64,000 bases of DNA, taken from Macrostomum lignano (taxonomy: Eukaryota). Positions 60,075 to 64,000 of this stretch are shown in pieces; within the stretch, counting starts at the first letter, position 1; every line of letters begins with the position of its first letter. The position numbers were made by a program, and so were the translations under genes. A model generated the notes under the pieces. It was not told where the DNA came from and made no database searches. It saw nothing but the letters and a program-made list of their open reading frames with translations. Location: assembly GCA_002269645.1 (NCBI GenBank), contig NIVC01000030.1:1-64000 (forward strand), read 5' to 3'.

Positions 60075-61826
60075 TTCCCCTTTAACTTTATACTAGTAGG
60101 ATAATTCCCCCTCAGCTTGATACTAATAATTCCCCTTCAGCTTGATACTAGTAGGGTAATTCCCATTCAGCTTGATACTAGTACGGTAATTCCCCTTCAG
60201 CTTGATACTAGTAGGGTAATTCCCCTTCAGCTTGATACTATTAGGGTAATTCCCCTTTAGCTTGATACTAGTAGGGTAATTCCCCTTCAGCTTGATACTA
60301 GTAGGGTAATTCCCCTTCAGCTTGATACTAGTACGGTAATTCCCCTTCAGCTTGATACTAGTAGGGTAATTCCCCTTCAACTACGAGCGTAGTAGGGTAA
60401 TTCCCCTTCAGCTTGATACTAGTAGGGTAATTCCCCTTTAGCTTGATACTAGTAGGGTAATTCCCCTTCAGCTTGATACTAGTAGGGTAATTCCCATTCA
60501 GCTTGATACTAGTAGGGTAATTCCCCTTCAGCTTGATACTAGTAGGGTAATTCCCATTCAGCTTGATACTAGTAGGGTAATTCCCCTTTAGCTTGATACT
60601 AGTAGGGTAATTCCCCTTCAGCTTGATACTAGTAGGGTAATTCCCCTTCAGCTTGATACTAGTACGGTAATTCCCCTTCAGCTTGATACTAGTAGGGTAA
60701 TTCCCCTTCAACTACGAGCGTAGTAGGGTAATTCCCCTTCAGCTTGATACTAGTAGGGTAATTCCCCTTTAGCTTGATACTAGTAGGGTAATTCCCCTTC
60801 AGCTTGATACTAGTAGGGTAATTCCCCTTCAGCTTGATACTAGTAGGGTAATTCCCATTCAGCTTGATACTAGTAGGGTAATTCCCCTTCAGCTTGATAC
60901 TAGTAGGGTAATTCCCCTTCAACTACGAGCGTAGTAGGGTAATTCCCCTTCAGCTTGATACTAGTAGGGTAATTCCCCTTTAGCTTGATACTAGTAGGGT
61001 AATTCCCCTTCAGCTTGATACTAGTAGGGTAATTCCCCTTCAGCTTGATACTAGTAGGGTAATTCCCATTCAGCTTGATACTAGTAGGGTAATTCCCCTT
61101 CAGCTTGATACTAGTAGGGTAATTCCCATTCAGCTTGATACTAGTAGGGTAATTCCCCTTCAGCTTGATACTAGTACGGTAATTCCCCTTCAGCTTGATA
61201 CTAGTAGGGTAATTCCCCTTCAACTACGAGCGTAGTAGGGTAATTCCCCTTCAGCTTGATACTAGTAGGGTAATTCCCCTTTAGCTTGATACTAGTAGGG
61301 TAATTCCCCTTCAGCTTGATACTAGTAGGGTAATTCCCATTCAGCTTGATACTAGTAGGGTAATTCCCCTTCAGCTTGATACTAGTAGGGTAATTCCCAT
61401 TCAGCTTGATACTAGTAGGGTAATTCCCTTTCAGCTTGATACTAGTAGGGTAATTCCCCTTCAGCTTGATACTAGTAGGGTAATTCCCCTTCAGCTTGAT
61501 ACTAGTACGGTAATTCCCCTTCAGCTTGATACTAGTAGGGTAATTCCCCTTCAGCTTGATACTAGTAGGGTAATTCCCATTCAGCTTGATACTAGTAGGG
61601 TAATTCCCCTTCAGCTTGATACTAGTAGGGTAATTCCCATTCAGCTTGATACTAGTAGGGTAATTCCCTTTCAGCTTGATACTAGTAGGGTAATTCCCCT
61701 TCAGCTTGATACTAGTAGGGTAATTCCCATTCAGCTTGATACTAGTAGGGTAATTCCCCTTCAGCTTGATACTAGTAGGGTAATTCCCCTTCAGCTTGAT
61801 ACTAGTAGGGTAATTCTCCTTCAGCT
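60075..61826. repeat. 30-bp tandem satellite (TAGTAGGGTAATTCCCCTTCAGCTTGATAC) with a recurring variant unit
   Basis: Head-to-tail units without spacers; AACTACGAGCG variant near 60380, 60711, 60922 and 61223. Confidence 0.97.
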
Positions 61827-61893
61827 TGACACCAGGTAAGCAATCTTAAAAAAAACCATATTTTGAACTGCGAGAAACCTTCAGCTTTCAGCC

Positions 61894-62169
61894 ATGGCCA
61901 GCTCAGGTCCCCAGAATCCGTCTCAAATCATGCCACTGGAACTCGTTGACAAATGCATCGGTTCGAAAATTCACATCAAAATGAAAGGCGACAAAGAACT
62001 TGTTGGCACCTTGTTGGGATTTGATCCCTACGTGAATATGGTGCTTGAGGATGTTGTGGTGTACGAGATCAGCTCTCAGGGTAAGAAAGTTACGAGGCTT
62101 GAGCAGATATTGCTCAATGGCAACAATATTGCATTGATGATTCCCGGTGGTGAAGGACCCGACAACTGA
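61894..62169 (+). CDS. LSM5: U6 snRNA-associated Sm-like protein LSm5
   Basis: [62 protein letters not shown]; no intron in the CDS; AATAAA downstream. Confidence 0.97.
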   Translation: MASSGPQNPSQIMPLELVDKCIGSKIHIKMKGDKELVGTLLGFDPYVNMVLEDVVVYEISSQGKKVTRLEQILLNGNNIALMIPGGEGPDN

Positions 62170-62549
62170 TTCTGGCGTTCAATAAGTTTATTTTACTTCA
62201 ACTATAAACTTTATCCTGTTTGTATATTAATAATGTTAATTGGCATTTCTTAGTTGACTAATTACACTAATAAAGAAACCGTTTGTACCTGTAATAGTTG
62301 TTTGGTTAAAATAAAATAAACTTGGCATGTGTTGCAATACACTAGACAGTTTTCATATGGAAATATTGTCCAATAGGTATGTTTTAGCTTGTTCTTTTAA
62401 TGTACTATAAACGTATAGTATACCCCCGGGTAGGCGCCTCGCCACCGGGGGGGGGGGACAGAGGGGACATGTCCCCCAGTAAAAGCTATGGTCCCCCACC
62501 CCACCTTGTGACCCGTTGAGGTAATCAATTATTTTTCTTCAGGGCACCA

Positions 62550-63335
62550 AAATATAGCGCCTGCGGTGCTAAAATGAGTGCCTGCGGCGCTAAAAGGAGT
62601 GCCTGCGGCGCCAAAATGAGTGCCTGCGGCGCTAAAATGAGTGCCTGCGGCGCTATAATGAGTGCCTGCGGCGCTAAAATGAGTGCCTGCGGCGCTAAAA
62701 TGAGTGCCTGCGGCGCTAAAATGAGTGCCTGCGGCGCTAAAATGAGTGCCTGCGGCGCTAAAATGAGTGCCTGCGGCGCTATAATGAGTGCATGCGGCGC
62801 TAAAATGAGCGCCTGCGGCGCTAAAATGAGTGCCTGCGGCGCTAAAATGAGTGCCTGCGGCGCTATAATGAGTGCCTGCGGTGCTAAAATGAGTGCCTGC
62901 GGCGCTAAAATGAGTGCCTGCGGTGCTAAAATGAGTGCCTGCGGCGCTAAAATGAGTGCCTGCGGTGCTAAAATGAGTGCCTGCGGCGCTAAAATGAGTG
63001 CCTGCGGCGCTAAAATGAGTGGCTGTGGCGCTAAGATGAATGCCTGCGGCGCTAAAATGAGGGACTGCGGCGCTAAAATGAGTGCCTGCGGCGCTAAAAT
63101 GAGTGCCTGCGGCGCTAAAATGAGTGCCTGCGGTGCCAAAATGAGTGCCTGCGGTGCCAAAATGAGTGTCTGCGGTGCCAAAATGAGTGTCTGCGGTGCC
63201 AAAATGAGTGCTTGCGGTGCCAAAATGAGTGCCTGCGGTGCCAAAAGGAGTGCCTGCGGCGCTAAAATGAGTGACTGCGACGCTAAAATGAGTGCCTGCG
63301 GCGCTAAAATGAGTGCCTGCGGCGCTATAATGAGC
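62550..63335. repeat. 21-bp tandem minisatellite (GCCTGCGGCGCTAAAATGAGT)
   Basis: Accounts for ORFs 62525-63355 and 62574-63377. Confidence 0.97.
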
Positions 63336-63576
63336 GCTGACAACACGTTTCTCAAAATAATGGAAATGGGAATTTAGTCATGTACAAGTACATGTTGGAT
63401 TCTTGGTTTTCTCACCCCCTCCCCCCAGGGTGTACATGCCCTGACAGTTGCCAGGGTCCAACAATAATTCAAGGACTATTTGATGTTGTTTAAAAGTTTC
63501 GTAGATACTTAAAGTACTTTTTATAGTTAAAAGCTGAACTAATTATTAGCTCTTTCACTTTCAGCTGCTATCAGTC

Positions 63577-63844
63577 ATGCTGGCGAGTCACCTACAGAAG
63601 ACCAAGAATGTTTTTATACAATCTGCTATTCTGGCCTCGAACTCTTGTTGCCATGGAAATGTGGCGGTTCCTCGTCACGCCAACCAGTTAAATAGTCGCA
63701 GCATTAGCACCAGTCCGGTTCGCTGCACTGTGCTCAAGCGGCCTCCGAAATGGGCCAGCAGCTACGTGCGCCGGCTCAACGCGATGGAGCGGTTAGAACT
63801 GATGGCCGCTTTGAGACTGGATGCTGAGCAACATGGGACTGCGG
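63577..63844 (+). CDS. First coding exon of an unidentified gene with a presequence-like (possibly mitochondrial) N-terminus
   Basis: Acceptor TTTCAG upstream; ATG 63577 with an open frame MLASHLQK..RSISTSPVRC..RLNAMERLELMAAL; donor GTGAG at 63845, followed by the 28-bp satellite typical of introns here. Confidence 0.4.
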
Positions 63845-63867
63845 GTGAGGAGCCTTGGCTGGATTTT

Positions 63868-64000
63868 ACCAGCCTCCCAGATCCTCAGTTGCTGGGCCAG
63901 CCTCCCAGATCCTCAGTGGCTGGGCCAGCCTCCCAGATCCTCAGTGGCTGGGCCAGCCTCCCAGATCCTCAGTGGCTGGGTCACAAGCCTCCCAGATCCT
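63868..64000. repeat. 28-bp minisatellite, third locus of this family
   Basis: Same consensus; runs off the right edge. Confidence 0.9.

Noticed and set aside
60075-61826. CRISPR-like appearance of 30-bp partly palindromic repeats
   Set aside because: Units are head-to-tail with no unique spacers, there are no cas genes, and the context is eukaryotic
62525-63377. ORFs of 267-276 aa (APQALIL / SACGAKM repeats)
   Set aside because: A 21-bp tandem repeat read on both strands

Overview
Eukaryotic (metazoan) genomic DNA with GT-AG introns, most of them filled with minisatellites. The style is consistent with a repeat-rich invertebrate such as the flatworm Macrostomum, but that is inference only. 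Host genes read from the sequence: a GPI-anchored two-domain Ly6/uPAR-like gene (+), the first two coding exons of beta-mannosidase (-), synaptophysin-like, FAD synthase FLAD1, TMEM9-like, FBXO7-like, LSM5, and the first exon of an unidentified gene. Mobile DNA includes a degenerate RNase H-bearing LINE carrying two solo-LTR insertions, a CACTA/EnSpm remnant, MITEs and tRNA-derived SINEs. The standout is a young, full-length 10.7 kb Ty3/gypsy LTR element (5580-16279, minus strand, 4-bp TSD CTCA). Its gene order is gag - env - pol: a class III (herpes gB/chuvirus-like) glycoprotein sits BETWEEN gag and pol, and its signal peptide is encoded in the Gag frame. Three -1 frame steps join the parts into a possible ~2440-aa two-pass membrane polyprotein. 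A cluster of all three ESCRT late-domain motif types (LYPSI, PTAP, PPNY) follows the Env anchor, and a small myristoylation-motif RING-finger ORF lies between pol and the 3' LTR. Together these suggest an enveloped, budding retroelement with an unusual architecture. All homology calls are by-eye motif recognition; no searches were run.
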